A stretch of DNA of 63,205 nt, filler included. It is 8 parts of 8 records of this genome, joined end to end, with 100 filler letters (N's around TTAATTAATTAA, not from the genome) between each part and the next. Parts side by side here need not be neighbours in the genome. Positions count along the whole stretch, not along the records: positions 1 to 9,028 come from SRR31147125_24352; positions 9,129 to 19,088 come from SRR31147125_24353; 6 more parts are not named here. One strand, written 5' to 3'. Under the pieces are notes generated by a model that was not told where the DNA came from, searched no databases, and saw only the letters and a program-made list of their open reading frames with translations. This document shows positions 1-13,221 of the stretch, in pieces. Numbering within the stretch: position 1 is the stretch's first letter; each line of letters opens with the position of its first letter. Position numbers and translations under genes: made by a program.

Positions 1-3000
1 GAGAGACAACTTCTCACTTGCCAAAGGGTTGGACTTCCCCTGCCCGAGGGAGGGTGGACTCTTGCCGATCTTCACAACAAGCTTACGTGGGCAGCTGCCG
101 TGGCACGTCCATGGGGTGCCCAGGCTGTGGTGACCAAGCAAGGTGCTGCCATCGAGACACGAACGGGGGAGCCATACGGTGCACAACCGAACTACCTTAC
201 GACCACGGTCGTTCCACCGACTCAATTCGATACGAGTGGGGAGGAACAGACAACGTACAAGGTTTCAGAGTGCGATATGGTTGTGTTCGTCACCCAGCCC
301 GGACAACCCGAGGATCTTGACATCACAAAGGTCGAGATTGTGAACACACTGAAAATTGGGGACTGGCTTTATGCTGCTCTCGATGACACGCCCGTAGCCC
401 AAGAGGCCATTGGGTGTCAGTACGACACCAAACTCCTACCGGCTACCTGGATGCTCGTGCCCTATGATGATCAGATCAAGGAAGATATCAAACAATTCCC
501 CGTTCATGCATTCGGAACGGAGGGCCTTGTTCTGGAGGGTGGCGTGTCGCTGGCGCCTGCCACCGGGGTTGTGAATGGTGAGGACGTCCTGGAAACAATT
601 GATCTGGAAGGTCGGTTCCCCTTCTTCCTGTATTCCACCAACCGATGCAAGCGTCGTGTGCTTGTTCGACGAGCGGTCAATCCGGGTGCGGATGGAATGC
701 CTCTCAAGATTGCTCAGCTGGCTATCAGTAAGGCTATCCCTATACCGGATGTTGTTCCGGCAGGAGAAGAGGTTAAGTATCAAATCGAACTTCTCAACTA
801 CGGCCCGAGTGATGCTGCCTCGGTTGTCTTGACGAGCACAACTCTTCCCGGGTCGGCGGCAACCTTTGTGAGTGCAATGTTTGAGACAATGATCGCGGGG
901 GCCCGAGCAAGTGCCGGAGACTGTTCCTTTGATGGGGGGAAGGTGGTGTGTGCCATTGGTGCTCTGGGCAAGGAACAGAAGGCAACAGTTGTGGTGCGCT
1001 TCCGGTTTGCTGCCGGGGCTCAGGGAGGGGCGACCCCGAAGTTTGCTGTTCACGTAGAGAGCGAACTCCCCGATCCCAATATGAAAGACAACGATGCCGA
1101 GATTGTTGTGGGGGTGAGTACCCAGGCCGATCTGGCTGTTACCCTCGCCAGCCTGGCAGGATCCCAGATTACAGCTGGAAACACAATTCAACTCGAGGCG
1201 ACTGTCACGAACCACGGACCATCGGATGCGGGGAATGTACTCTTGTTGCCACTGGATGGTGAGGACACACCCTACAAGGTCACCTCTGTCGCCGAGCTCG
1301 AGTGTACGCCTCTTGGTGCAGACGGGAAACATTTTCAGAGTTGTCATGTGGGCACACTACGGGCGGGCGAGTCCAGGAGTTATTGGGTGGCCTACGAAAC
1401 CGGGTTGCACTCATATGAAGTCTCGCAGCCTGTCGTTTACGAGGTCCATGCAACAAGTGACTCGCACGACAATGCGTTGGAAAACAATGCCGACCAGGTG
1501 GAACTGCAAATCTTGGAACCTGAGTGGCCTGTTGATCTGCGCACTCATTTCGATGCCTCGCCGCTTACCACTGCCGTTCCGGGACAAACCAAGACCTTTA
1601 CCGTTCATGTTACCAACGCGGCCGCACATGCAGCCACGGAAGTGGGTGTTGGGTTGACCTATGCATGCGACGCCCTGGCACTTGGAGTGGGAAAGCTTCC
1701 GACGGGATGGTCCTGTGTTATTCACGAGGATCGCTGCATGGCGTCATGTTCCCTCAAACGTCTGGAAGCCAATGCCCACGCCATATTGCCCTTCTCCGCG
1801 TTTATCAAGCCTGGACAACGAGACAATGTCACATTCCAGGCCGTGTCCTTTGCACGTGAAGAAGAAGAGGCCGCTGGGGATAACACGGCAGCCATGGTGT
1901 GGGAAATGCATCCCAGTGTGGATGTGACGGTCCATGTCGTGGATCACCCCGATCCAGCACGAGCGGGAATGCCCCTTCGTTACGAGGTTCACATGTCCAA
2001 CCAGGGCCCCTCGACCGCTACCGACCTTGCACTCCACCTGAACATTCCGGCTTCGATGACGTACAACACCTCGTACTCGAATGCCCTGATGACTTCGTGT
2101 AAGGAGAGTGGGGGAGCCGTTGTGTGCACGATGCCGCTTCTCGAACCCGGCAAAGATCAGAGTGTGATGGTCGAAGTGCTCATTGACCGTGAGGCTCAGG
2201 GTACCTTGTACGCATCCGGACTGATTAGCAGCAAGGAGCCGGATGCCCACGGGGATGACAACGAGTTTACCGTTGACACTCTTCTGCCGGAGGCCAATCT
2301 TCAACTCACCCTGAACCATCCCGAGACTCAAGACCATGCGATTCCTGGAGAACGGTTTTCCTTCCACGCCGTGGTGGTGAACAATGGGCCCCATGCCGCC
2401 AGTGCCGTCCGACTTGTGGGACAACTTCCGTCAGATGTCTCCTATATCACGTCTACATTCGATTCCTCAACCGTAACCAACGGAGCTTGTTCTGCGGACA
2501 AGGACGGTGTGGTCACGTGTGAGATTGGTCGTCTGGCAGCAGGCGCATCGGCAACCGTGGTCATTGCAACTCAGGTGTCTGTGGACACACGAAAGCCCCT
2601 TGAGTTCTCGGCTGTTGTTTCCACTCCCGAGAAGGATGTCGACGGAACAGACAATGAACAAGTCATCCGCATTCCGCTGGAGATTCTTGCAGACATGGGC
2701 GTGACTCTTGTCACGAGTGCCCTGGAGGGAAGCATTATTCAGGACAATCCCATTACCTACACGGCGGTCGCTACCAACTATGGCCCTGGCATGTCTACGA
2801 GGAACACATTGACGTTTAGTATTCCCCCCAACCATGCCATCGAGAGTGCATCAACGCTGAGTCCCGCAGACGGCTCGTGCGCCATTGACGACAACACTCT
2901 GATTGTGACGTGTGACCTGCGAGACCTCGCACCTGGGGAATCTGTAACCGTGGAGGTGAATGCACTGGTGGAGACAACTGCACTCGTGGGAGGTACAGAT

Positions 3001-6000
3001 GTGCGGGTGGGAGTCGCCCACGGAGACTCCAAGGAACTGGAACCGGATACCCCGCAAGCAAGCAACAATAACGCTGCGACGGTTTCCTACACGGTCAGCC
3101 CCGCCAACACCCAAAGCGGATGTGGAGACAAGGTTTGCTGGTATCACAAACAAACTGGCCGGTGAAACAACGCGCCTTCGTGCCAGGACGATCAACAATG
3201 GCCCGTTCACCAGCAACGTAACCTTCACGGAAACGTTGCCGGAATCCCTTCGCTTCACTCGTGGCCGATGGGGCGCCGGTTCGAAATGGACAACCAATAC
3301 GTGTTCGCACGACCAAGCCACCAACATTGTCACGTGTCCCTTGGGCAAGATGACTACGGGCAGTCGCGCCAATATCCTAGTTGAGGGAGTGTGGAATCCC
3401 GATTCTCGGGAAGAGGTTTCCATTCGAATGGAGTCGTGGGGCGATATTCACGAAGTTGACGATAGCAACAACGTGCACATTGCTCAGATTACGCCAATTG
3501 GAGCCTCCAACACCTATGTCACCATCACGTCAAGTCCGAGTGATGAAGTTGATGCCGGCAAGCCACTCGTTCTCACGTACACACTGGGGAATAAGGGCTA
3601 TTCCACTGCGTACGATGTGTGGATGAATGCCGAGCTTCCCGAGACAGGCATTTCTGCTGTGCGTTTTGAGACAGACGAAGATGTGACGTGCACGGTACAG
3701 GGTGCTGCGTTGAAGTGTACGCTTGCCAAACTGAGTGTGGGCGCGGTGAAGGAAGTGGTGGTGCATATGGATGTAGCACGGGAGATGCAGGACGACTTGA
3801 CCACACGGGCCCAAATTGGTCACTCCGAGAAGGAACTCTCTTCCTACGACAACGAGCGCTTGAAGAGTATCTTGGTTCGACCTCCCGAAGCCGACGTGAG
3901 TGTCAACGTGGACGTCACCCCCAACCCTGTGGTTCCTGGCTCCAGTATGACGGTTCATCTCCGTGTGAACAATGTTGGACCCGAGTATGCATCCAATATT
4001 GAACTTGAGACACGTATTTCTCCAGCGGACTTTGGTGATCTCATCACTGCAACTCCTCCGGGACTCTGTCACGAACTCTCGCGCGGTGTGTTAGTGTGCC
4101 ATCTGGGTACCATTCAACCTCTTGAGGGGAAGTCGGTGGACCTTCTCTTCCATGCAAAACCGTCTCTTCGTGAGGCGATCAACATTCGATCGGAAGTGAG
4201 CGCCTTCGAGCACGACGTCAACACGGACAACAATGTAGACACCCTTGCGGTCAGCTTGCTTCCCAGGGCACTCGTTCGACTCGAAATGTCGGCTCAACCC
4301 GAACCCGTAACAGGCGGAGACGAACTCATCTACGACATGCGGGTCTCCAATGAGGGTCCTTCCACGGCTACGGGACTTGTCCTCACACAGTTCCTGCCTG
4401 TGGGTACGAGGTTCCGAGGCACGTTTAGTGAAGACGGTATCGAGTGTCAACCGGACGAGAGCGGTTCTGTGTTGCAGTGTCAGTTTGCGGAGCCCCTCAG
4501 TGTGGGTGCAACCTTTGCCTCTGTGCTCCAAACTACCATTCAGACACGCTTTGACCACTCGGAAAGCGAGTGGCGGATTGCAAGTCGTGCTCTCGTCACA
4601 TCCGAGGATCTTGATGCAGCAAGTACGAACACCCTCAACATTCAGACGGTGGTGGAAGAACCAACAGAGATTCTGGACATGTCCGTCCGGGCCACGACCG
4701 ACAAACCCAAGGTCCTTGCGGGTGAAATGGTCGAGTTGCGTTTCAACCTCTCCAACAAGGGTCCCAAACCGTCCCAAGGTCGCTTTGAGTTCCCCGTTCC
4801 GGAGGGTGCCTTCTTCGAATCGGCTGAAGTGGAAGCCCAACCGGTTCAGGTGCAACAGAATGTCACGTCCCGCATGACCAATGTCACGGTGATGATGGGT
4901 GGCGAGTGTGCGTACAAGGCCGACGAACGGGTGGTAACGTGTCTTGTTGACCGTACGCTTGAGGCCGGGGATAGTGCCATGATCTTTGTGGTCCTGTCTA
5001 TTGATGAGGCCTACGTGGAAGAGTTCCAGGGCATGCCCATTACCAGTATTGCTCATGTTGCGGCGACGGCAGGGTATGCGGATACAGACGAGACCAACAA
5101 TGACGCCTCGGTAGCTGTCGAAGTTGTTGCAAGGGCTGACTTGGCCACTTCGGTCTCTGCTGTCCCGGAAGAGGTGTCCGCGGGTGTGCCGGATGTGAAG
5201 TTGCTATGGGCCGTGACAAACCATGGTCCCTCCCTTGCTGTGGGGAATCAGGGTTCGCTTGTTCTGCCCGCTGAGTTGGTGTTCCGGGGGATTGTTGGAC
5301 AGGCGGACAACGTCGAATGTGTGTACAAGACAAAGGATCATCGTGTCGACTGCACATTCCCAGACATGAAGACAGGCATGGAGTTCCATGTGGATGTCCT
5401 GACCACGGCAGATCGGTTGGCTGACGCTCAGGTAGAAGTGGGCAGTAGCATTCTTGGTACTGTGGAGGATACGTACACGGAAAACAATGTTGCACGAGAG
5501 AATGTGATTGTACACGAGGCCAAGGTGGATCTAGTGGCTGATGTGTACACCATTGGTGAGAGGGAGGCAACGGCCGGAGACGCCTTGACCTACGTTGTCA
5601 CTGTTGTCAACAAGGGACCCCACTACGCCAGTGACGTGGTGCTGACGGACTCTTTTGCGGAGGACTTTGAGTTTGAAGAGGCCACCTCGGAGAATATGAC
5701 ATGCACGGCCACCCAGACCGGCGAGCTGGTGTGTCGCCTGGACAAGCTCCTGGTAGGTGAAGCAGCCATGGCGCGCGTCGATGTAAAGGGGCAAATTGCT
5801 GCGGCCCATCGTGGAGCCCTTGAGAATCACGTCGAGGTGCAGAGTGCGGAACGCGAACTCGTCGCTGTCAGCAATCGGGCTACGCATATTATTCCTGCTG
5901 AGGATATGCATACACGTGTGGATGTGGCCGTGGCCTTTGATTCTGTGTCCCAGGTTACGGCTGGCAACCTCTTCTCGTACAGTCTCACCTTGTCCAACAC

Positions 6001-9000
6001 GGGCCCGTCCGATGCCACCAATGTGGAAGTGGAACAACGTCTACCTGCCCTTTTCGTGTATGAGAATGCTTCACCCCAAGAACCAGCGGATGGTGAGTGT
6101 TCGCATTCCGCTGTCGGCTTCCGGTGCAATGTTCATCGTGTCAAGGCCAATGGTGAAGTTGTCGTGATCCTTGTATCGGCCCGTGCCAATGACATTGAGG
6201 AGTGGAATACAACGGTACGAACGGATGTGGAGGCAAAGCCATTTGAGCGCGACGAGAACCAAGACAACAACATGGCTGAAGCGAAGATGCTGGTCGTCCG
6301 ACCTAAGGAGGACACAAACCTGGGTCTGGAGGTTACTCCGTCCGTGGAAGAGGTTGTGGCGGGTACTCCGGTGTCCTACATGTTTGCGATCACCAACCAT
6401 GCGTGCGATACATGCCGCGACGCCACGGGTGTGTTGCTTCAGGCTGTCCTTCCGGGCTCGGCATTGTTCGAGTCTGTCACCGTGACAGGAGAACTGCCCT
6501 ACGTGGCGTGCAACTTTGACCGCAAGACATCGCAACTCCGATGTGTATCAACGGAACCACTTCCGATCGATGGATCTATTGTTGTGACGACAGAATTGCG
6601 TACCGCCCCGGATCGCCGCAAGCCTCTTGAGTTGTCCGCGTTTGTCATGTCTGAACAGCACGACCACACCATGGAAAACAATATGGTGAATCTGTTGACC
6701 CCTCTCCGTGGAGAGGCAGAGGTATCCATCACCATTGAACCCATCGAGGACATTCTAGGCGGAAAGACGTTCCCGGTTGTCTTTGAGATCCAGAACAAGG
6801 GCCCCTCGACAGCCAACCAGGTGGAAATAGAGATTCCACTCCCACAAGGGTTGAACTATCTCGACCATCAAACCTCCTCGAACCATCTCCAGTGTGGCTT
6901 CGTGGCCGATTTCCGGAAGGTTATGTGTACACAGCTGGTGCTGGCACCTCACGAGACGGAGACGGTAACCCTGTGGGGTACCACGGACGAGAACTTTGAC
7001 GACTTCTTGGCGATTGCAGGTCGTGTGCGGGCTCTGGAAACAGATCCACTTCCCAAGAACAATCTGGATCGAAAGGAGGCGCGTGTCTTCCCACCAGTAG
7101 CCGATCTCTCTGTGTCGGCCGAGGTGTCACCGTCCGAACCCGTGTGTGGTGTGGACGAGGTCACCTTTACCGTGACGGTGGTCAACAACGGACCGCAGAA
7201 TGCTACGAACGTCGTGGTTGCGGCTGTTCTCGATGGTGAGGAACCAGATCTCCGCACGGCCCTGTTTGTTGTTCCGGGTGGAGATGCGGGTGAGTGTGAG
7301 CTCTCGGCCAACACGGCCACATGTCCTCTGGGGATGTTGGCTGTTGGTCGCTTTGGCATCGTCACGTTCACAAAGAAACTGGAACCCGAAGCCCGAGGTA
7401 TTCTCTCCCTGTCAACGGATGCCCACGCCGACCAGTTTGACGATTCCCAGGCCGACAATGAAGCTAAGGCTCAGGTCTCGATACAGAGTGAGGTGGATCT
7501 CTCCCTGAAACTCTCCGATGCCCCCTATGATCCAACGCTTTCCGACTCTGATATGGAGTACGACATTGCCTTGAGAAATCGTGGACCGTGCACCGCCACA
7601 GGAGTCCGGGTGCACATTGTGCTGCCTAGTGATGTACGCATCGATTCGACCACGCACCGCTGTCTTCTTGCCGGCGAGAACACGTTGGAATGTGCTCTGA
7701 ATGATCTCCAACCCTCCGAGGAAGAGGAAGAACACGTCAAGCTGGCTGTACATGTGCCGAAGCGCGAGGTATCTGGGATCGTTTGGGTCCGTGCCCATGT
7801 GTCCAGTGCTGAAAAGGATACCAACTTGCACAACAACGAGGCAACCGAATCCACTGCCGTCATTGTACCTGTCCTGCGCTCGGATCTGAGCATCAAAATT
7901 GAACCACTCGATGGGGATATGGTGGCCGGAATGCCCCTCACGATGCGTGCGGTTGTACGCAACGATGGACCAGATACGGCTTCGGATGTTCGTGTTCTGT
8001 ATGAGCTTCCTGCGTCGCTTGAATTTGTGGAGGCCCTTCATGAGGACGGTGCATCGTGCGGATACGAATTTGAGCGTCATGCTGTAGCGTGTACGCTCAA
8101 GAAGCTTCTGAACAATCACACGGCTCATGTCGACCTGGTTTTGGAGACTCTTCCTGATGCTGGGTGGGTGGTGAACACGGCCCGTGTTGTAGGAGCCGAA
8201 GAAGATGTTAATCCGAGCAACAATGCGGTTGTCCGCAAGGTGCAACTGTCCCGTCGGGTTGATGTCGTACCGCGCATACTGCTTCCACAGGACGAAGTTG
8301 AAGCCGGTCAGGTTGCAGATGTGATCTTGGAGGTTGTGAACAATGGCCCATCCACGGCGACCAATGTCACTCTCACAGCCAATGTGGGTACGGACGTGAA
8401 CTTCTTGACGGCGGCCTCTGCTGATGAAACCGTGACTTGTCGTATGAGTGGAGACGCGGATGGTCTTGTGAGGTGTACCGTTGTTGATCTGGCTCCTGGT
8501 GGCCGCGGTGCCGTGCGCTTCATGTTGGGCACCATTGACAGTGATACGGAGGTTGCTGTTCCTGTTCGTGTGAATGTGACGGCTGCCGAGGTTGCTGCGG
8601 GCTCTGTTGACAATATGGATGCGGGTACTGTGTTTGTGATCCCACCCGAACTCCCTGTTCCTCCGCTACCGAGCCCATCTGCGGTTCCCAGTCCGAGTGC
8701 TCCATGCCCGGAACCGGAGCCGTGCGTGTGTGCAGCCTCCCCAGCACCATCGACTCAACCTGTTAGGCAAGAGGGGGTAACCCAACAAGAACCCGAGCCT
8801 GAGTCTGAGCCTGAACCCCCGCTCCAGGAAGGATTAGTCCAACAAGAAGAACCGGAGAAACCAGAGCCGACCCCTGTTCCTGTGCGGGAGCGATATGCCG
8901 GATCCAACACGACGGCGAATGCAACTGAGAGTCACAGCAACACCACGATCGAAGTCGTATCTGAATCTGAGGAGCCCGAGGGTCTTATCGATGAACCTGA

Positions 9001-9028
9001 GGAGAAGCCTGAGGAGGAAGAGGAGAAG
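1..9028 (+). CDS. Giant surface protein with ~20 tandem DUF11-like (OmcB-type 'conserved repeat') domains and a Pro/Glu-rich stalk; truncated at both ends, one frameshift near 3100
   Basis: Frame is open from base 1 (ERQLLTCQ...). ORFs 100..3165 and 2960..9076 join at the C-run in agccccgcc (~3098-3106). Recurrent ~130-aa units carry ADLxV...Y/F...NxGP(S)xAxxV...C...C...DxxxxNN. Ends in PPELPVPP...EPEPE...EEEEK at the gap. Confidence 0.85.
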
Positions 9029-9128
9029 NNNNNNNNNNNNNNNNNNNNNNNNNNNNNNNNNNNNNNNNNNNNTTAATTAATTAANNNNNNNNNNNNNNNN
9101 NNNNNNNNNNNNNNNNNNNNNNNNNNNN
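9029..9128. other. Artificial contig linker (N-run + TTAATTAATTAA + N-run); same linker at 19089-19188, 25102-25201, 32097-32196, 39630-39729, 45963-46062, 56150-56249
   Basis: Identical 100-nt spacer with stops in all six frames; composition and gene content change at each junction. Confidence 0.98.
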
Positions 9129-10984
9129 GCCGGCAGCAGACCGACGCCTATCTCCACCAGGCCCATATAGGTCTCCGCATAGGCGTTTATCCGGTCTGCG
9201 TGCAGGCAGAACTCGCAGCCGCCACCGAGCGCCATATTGAACGGCGCGGTGACGACGGGAACTTTTGCATATTTGACGGCCATCGTCGCCTTCTGAAACG
9301 ACCTGACCACCATCTCGATATCCTCGTAAGCACCTTCGGCCAGCGCCACGGCCAGCAGCATCAGATTCGCGCCGACGGAGAAGTTGTCGCCGCGGTTCGC
9401 GATCACCAGGCCGACGCCTTCATTCTCTGCCCGTTTGATCGCCTTGTGGGTCATCGCGAGGATGTCACCGCTGATCGCGTTCATCTTCGAGTGGAACTCG
9501 AACCCGAACACCCCGTCACCAAGATCGATGACGGAGCAGTTGGCGTTCTTCTCCACGACCTTGTTGCCCTTCTTCAGAATCTGCAGGTCGATCTGTCCGA
9601 CGGGAAGTTCGATCCGTTTGTACGCCCCGCTCGCCAGATCCCAGTACTGCTTACCCTCGGATTCATCGAAACGGTAAAACGATTCAACTCCCTGCAGGCT
9701 TTCCGGAAGTGCTACCCCGTCTTTTTCCGCCCGCTTCACGAACGACTTGACCCCGATCGCATCGAGCATCTCGAAGGGTCCCAGATCCCAGTTGAATCCC
9801 CATTTCATCGCGTTGTCGATGTTGACGACATCGTCGGCAATCTCGGGAATGCGATTGATCGTGTAGACCAACGTGTCACGCAGGGTCCGCCACGCGTACT
9901 CGGCGCCGTTGTCATTTCCGGAAATGACCATCTTGATGCGCTGGCGTGGGTCATCCACCTGTTTGACCGTCTGCACCGACGGAAATTTCGGCTTCGCAAG
10001 CGGCTTGTATTCTCCGTCATTGTAGTCGTAGTAAAATATCCGGCGCTTGCCGTCGACCATCTCCTTTTTATAGAAGCCCTGCTTCGTTTTATTGCCCAGT
10101 TTTCCTGCCTTGATCATTTCGGCCATAAAGTCCGGAAGCTTGAAGACATCACGCTCTTCGTCGTCGGGAGCCAGCTCATAGGAGTTGGTGCCCACGTGGC
10201 CGAGCACGTCGATGCCAACCAGGTCCGCCGTCCGGAACGCAGCGCTTTTCGGGCGCGCCGTCGCCGGACCTGCCACCGAGTCGACCTCTTCGACCGTCAA
10301 CCCCATATCCATCATGTGCCCGATACCCTTGTAAATTGCGTACACCCCGATACGGTTGGCGATGAAATTGACCGTGTCCTTCGCGTACACGACCCCTTTG
10401 CCGAGTCGTCGTTCCAGAAAATCAGCCATGTCCGCGACAACCTGCGGATCGGATTCAGTGCATGGAATAATTTCCATCAGGCGCATATAGCGGGGCGGAT
10501 TGAAGAAGTGGGTGACCAGGAAACGCTTCCTGACAACCGGGGGCAGACCGGCGGCCATTTCATTGACGGACAACCCGCTGGTGTTGGAGGAGAGAACAGC
10601 CTCCGGATGCAGGAAGGGGAGGATCTTTTCGAAGAGACTGAGTTTAATTGCGAGGTTCTCGATCACCACCTCCACGACCCAGTCACAGGTGGACAGCTTT
10701 TCGAGGTCGTCTGCGAAGTTACCGACTTCGATCCGGCTGGCATAATCCTTCAGGTAAAACGGGGCGGGTTTCATCTTCAGCAGCCCCTGCAGCCCACTTG
10801 CGGCGATACGGTTTCTCACTGCCGGACTGTCGATGGTCAGCCCCTTTTTCGTTTCATCTTCGGTCGGCTCTTTCGGTACGATGTCGAGCATGAGGACTTC
10901 GAGTCCGGCATTGGCCAGATGGGCGGCGATGGTCGCTCCCATCACACCGGCACCGAGTACGGCTACACGATTAATCTGAATCAT
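9129..10984 (-). CDS. fadN: 3-hydroxyacyl-CoA dehydrogenase / enoyl-CoA hydratase fusion (FadN-like), 3' truncated by gap
   Basis: Rossmann motif VAVLGAGVMG, SNTSGL, HFFNPPRYM, then crotonase-like NFSVGANL and ALGGGCE. Confidence 0.88.
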
Positions 10985-12837
10985 TGTTTGTCTCCATTCA
11001 CACCACGGTTTTTAAACACCAGACCGTTTTCATTGCTCATATACAACTCGTCCACAATGGTTTTGTACTTGTTGTAGATTTCCTTCCGTTTGAATTTCAG
11101 TGTCGGGGTCAACTCCCCGCCGTCAATGGTAAATTCTTTGGGTATCAGCGCGAAATATTTGATGGTCGAGTAGGACGGGAGGTTCTCATTGAGTTCGTCC
11201 AATCGCTCCTGGTATACTTCCCTGATCCTGCTGCTCTTCACCAGCTCGTAGATATCGATGTAGTCGATATTTTCTTCCCGGGCGAAATCGATCAGCCGCT
11301 CGAGGTTGGGAGTAAAAAGCGCGACCAGATATGGTTTACGATCCCCGAAAACGATGGCCTGGGAGACGTATTTATCGAGTTTGAGCTCGTTTTCGATCGG
11401 CTGCGGCGCGATATTCTTGCCGCCGGCGGTAACGATGATCTCCTTCTTCCGGTCGACGATGTACACAAATCCCTCGTCGTCGATATGAGCGATGTCGCCG
11501 GTCATGAACCAGCCGTCGTCAAACGCCTCCGCCGTTTTCTCCTCATTCATGTAGTAGCCACTCATCAGTTGCGGGCCTTTCACCAGCAGTTCCCCATCAC
11601 TGGCAATTTTCAGCTCGGTCTCATCTATCTTCTTGCCAACCGAATCGAAGCGGACGTTGTCGATATCGCTCAACGTGACGACCGGGCTCGTCTCAGTGAG
11701 TCCGTAGCCGTTGAAAACCGGGATGCCGATCGCCCACATGAACTCGTTAATCGTCTTGTCCAGCGGCGCACCGCCGCAGATCATCCCCCTGAGTCTCCCT
11801 CCGAACCGTTTTCGAATCTTTTTGAAGACGAGGTTGTCGAAAATGCGATACTCCAGCCCGAGCAGACCGACCGGTTCTTTGGTGATATACTTCTTGTTGA
11901 CGTATTCCCTGCCGACCTTTACTGCCCGGTGAAACATGGATTTACGCAGCGGTTTCATCTGGTGCACATTTTCGTGAATCCGCGAGTAGACCTTTTCGAA
12001 AAGCCGGGGGACGCAGATCATGAATGTCGGCCTGATTTCGCCCATGTTCTCGATCACCTTCTTCACATCCTCGGCAAATGCGATATGCTTGCCGCTGAGC
12101 AGCGAGGCATAGTAGCCTCCGGTACGTTCGAGGATGTGACTCAGGGGCAGAAAACTGAGAAACGTCTCGGCTTTCTCAAGTCCACCGATACGGTGAACGC
12201 TATAGTGGGTATTGGAGATCACGTTGTACTGGGTGAGCACCACTCCCTTCGGCCTGCCCGTGGTCCCGGACGTGTAGATGACCGTGAGAATGTCGTCGTG
12301 GGTGATCTGCGCGATCTTGTCCTCTATATGCTGCTTCTCCTCGTCACTCAGCGGCGTCGACACCTCCGAGAGCTGGTACTGGGTATAGACCGGAAACGAT
12401 CGATCTCCCATAAAACGCTCGTAAGAGATTACCAGTTCGACATTGGGAATCTGGTCCCTCACCTCGAGCAGTTTTTCGTACTGGCCCTTGGTCGACACGA
12501 ACACAATCTTCGCGCCGCAATGATTAAGGATGTAAGCAGCCTGCTCCCCGGTGTTAGTCGCATAGATCGGGACTGAAATCCCTCTCCCGCTCTGAATACC
12601 GAAATCGGAAATGGCCCAGCCGAGACGGTTTTCAGAGAAGATCGCAACCTTATCACCCGGCTGCATGCCGACCTTGCAGAGTCCCCGGGAGAGCATCAGA
12701 ACCCGTTCATAGAATTCCTTGTAGGTCAGGGACAGGAACGATCCCCGTTTTTTGTAGCTGATAGCGGTCTGATCGGTATAACGGACCGCGTTGTCCTTCA
12801 TGATTGCCGGAATGGATTGATAGGAAAGAAAGTCCAT
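10981..12837 (-). CDS. fadD: Long-chain fatty acid-CoA ligase (AMP-binding)
   Basis: YTSGTTGRPKG, GYGLTETSP, TGDI, DRKKE motifs. Start MDFLSY at 12837 follows a GGAGG RBS; stop overlaps the fadN start. Confidence 0.92.
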   Translation of the reverse strand: MDFLSYQSIPAIMKDNAVRYTDQTAISYKKRGSFLSLTYKEFYERVLMLSRGLCKVGMQPGDKVAIFSENRLGWAISDFGIQSGRGISVPIYATNTGEQAAYILNHCGAKIVFVSTKGQYEKLLEVRDQIPNVELVISYERFMGDRSFPVYTQYQLSEVSTPLSDEEKQHIEDKIAQITHDDILTVIYTSGTTGRPKGVVLTQYNVISNTHYSVHRIGGLEKAETFLSFLPLSHILERTGGYYASLLSGKHIAFAEDVKKVIENMGEIRPTFMICVPRLFEKVYSRIHENVHQMKPLRKSMFHRAVKVGREYVNKKYITKEPVGLLGLEYRIFDNLVFKKIRKRFGGRLRGMICGGAPLDKTINEFMWAIGIPVFNGYGLTETSPVVTLSDIDNVRFDSVGKKIDETELKIASDGELLVKGPQLMSGYYMNEEKTAEAFDDGWFMTGDIAHIDDEGFVYIVDRKKEIIVTAGGKNIAPQPIENELKLDKYVSQAIVFGDRKPYLVALFTPNLERLIDFAREENIDYIDIYELVKSSRIREVYQERLDELNENLPSYSTIKYFALIPKEFTIDGGELTPTLKFKRKEIYNKYKTIVDELYMSNENGLVFKNRGVNGDKQ

Positions 12838-12909
12838 GATTCCTCCAGTCAAAGACCTGCGTTTCGGTGTCAGCCCCTCGTCTCTATTATAGCACACAGT
12901 GTTCTGCCC

Positions 12910-12938
12910 TGTATACATAACCTTTACGTTTAAGTCAA
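12910..12938 (-). promoter_or_regulatory. Sigma70-type promoter of fadD-fadN overlapped by a LiuR-like palindromic operator
   Basis: Minus strand TTGACT-17 nt-TATACA; TTGACTTAAACGTAAA (12923-12938) resembles the LiuR box TTTACGTwwACGTAAA. Confidence 0.55.
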
Positions 12939-13175
12939 ATAGAATATTTTCGATCATCCTCCATCTGTCAGCCGGGTACCGGACTGTTTACGGCTCTCCC
13001 TGCATACATTATTTACGTTTTATATTTGACACTTAGGTGGCTATACATACTGTCTGAGCACAGATGTGGGGCAAGAATCAGGAAGGAATAAGGGAAAAGA
13101 TAGATCTTTACGTTAAAAACAAATGAATGTGGAGAGACAGGTGTATCGTACTGATACCGTTAAAGGAACCCGATA

Positions 13176-13203
13176 CCGGCGGGGGCCAGTATGCCTCTGC
13201 CGG
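13176..13203. terminator. GC-rich hairpin downstream of the 13222-13581 gene
   Basis: CCGGCGGGGGC-cagtat-GCCTCTGCCGG; no clear U-tract. Confidence 0.35.
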
Positions 13204-13221
13204 GTGTAACGGAGTGCAGGC

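Noticed and set aside
9200-12576. Long plus-strand ORFs 9200..11077 and 10984..12576
   Set aside because: Antisense shadows of the GC-rich fadN and fadD genes, with no recognisable motifs.
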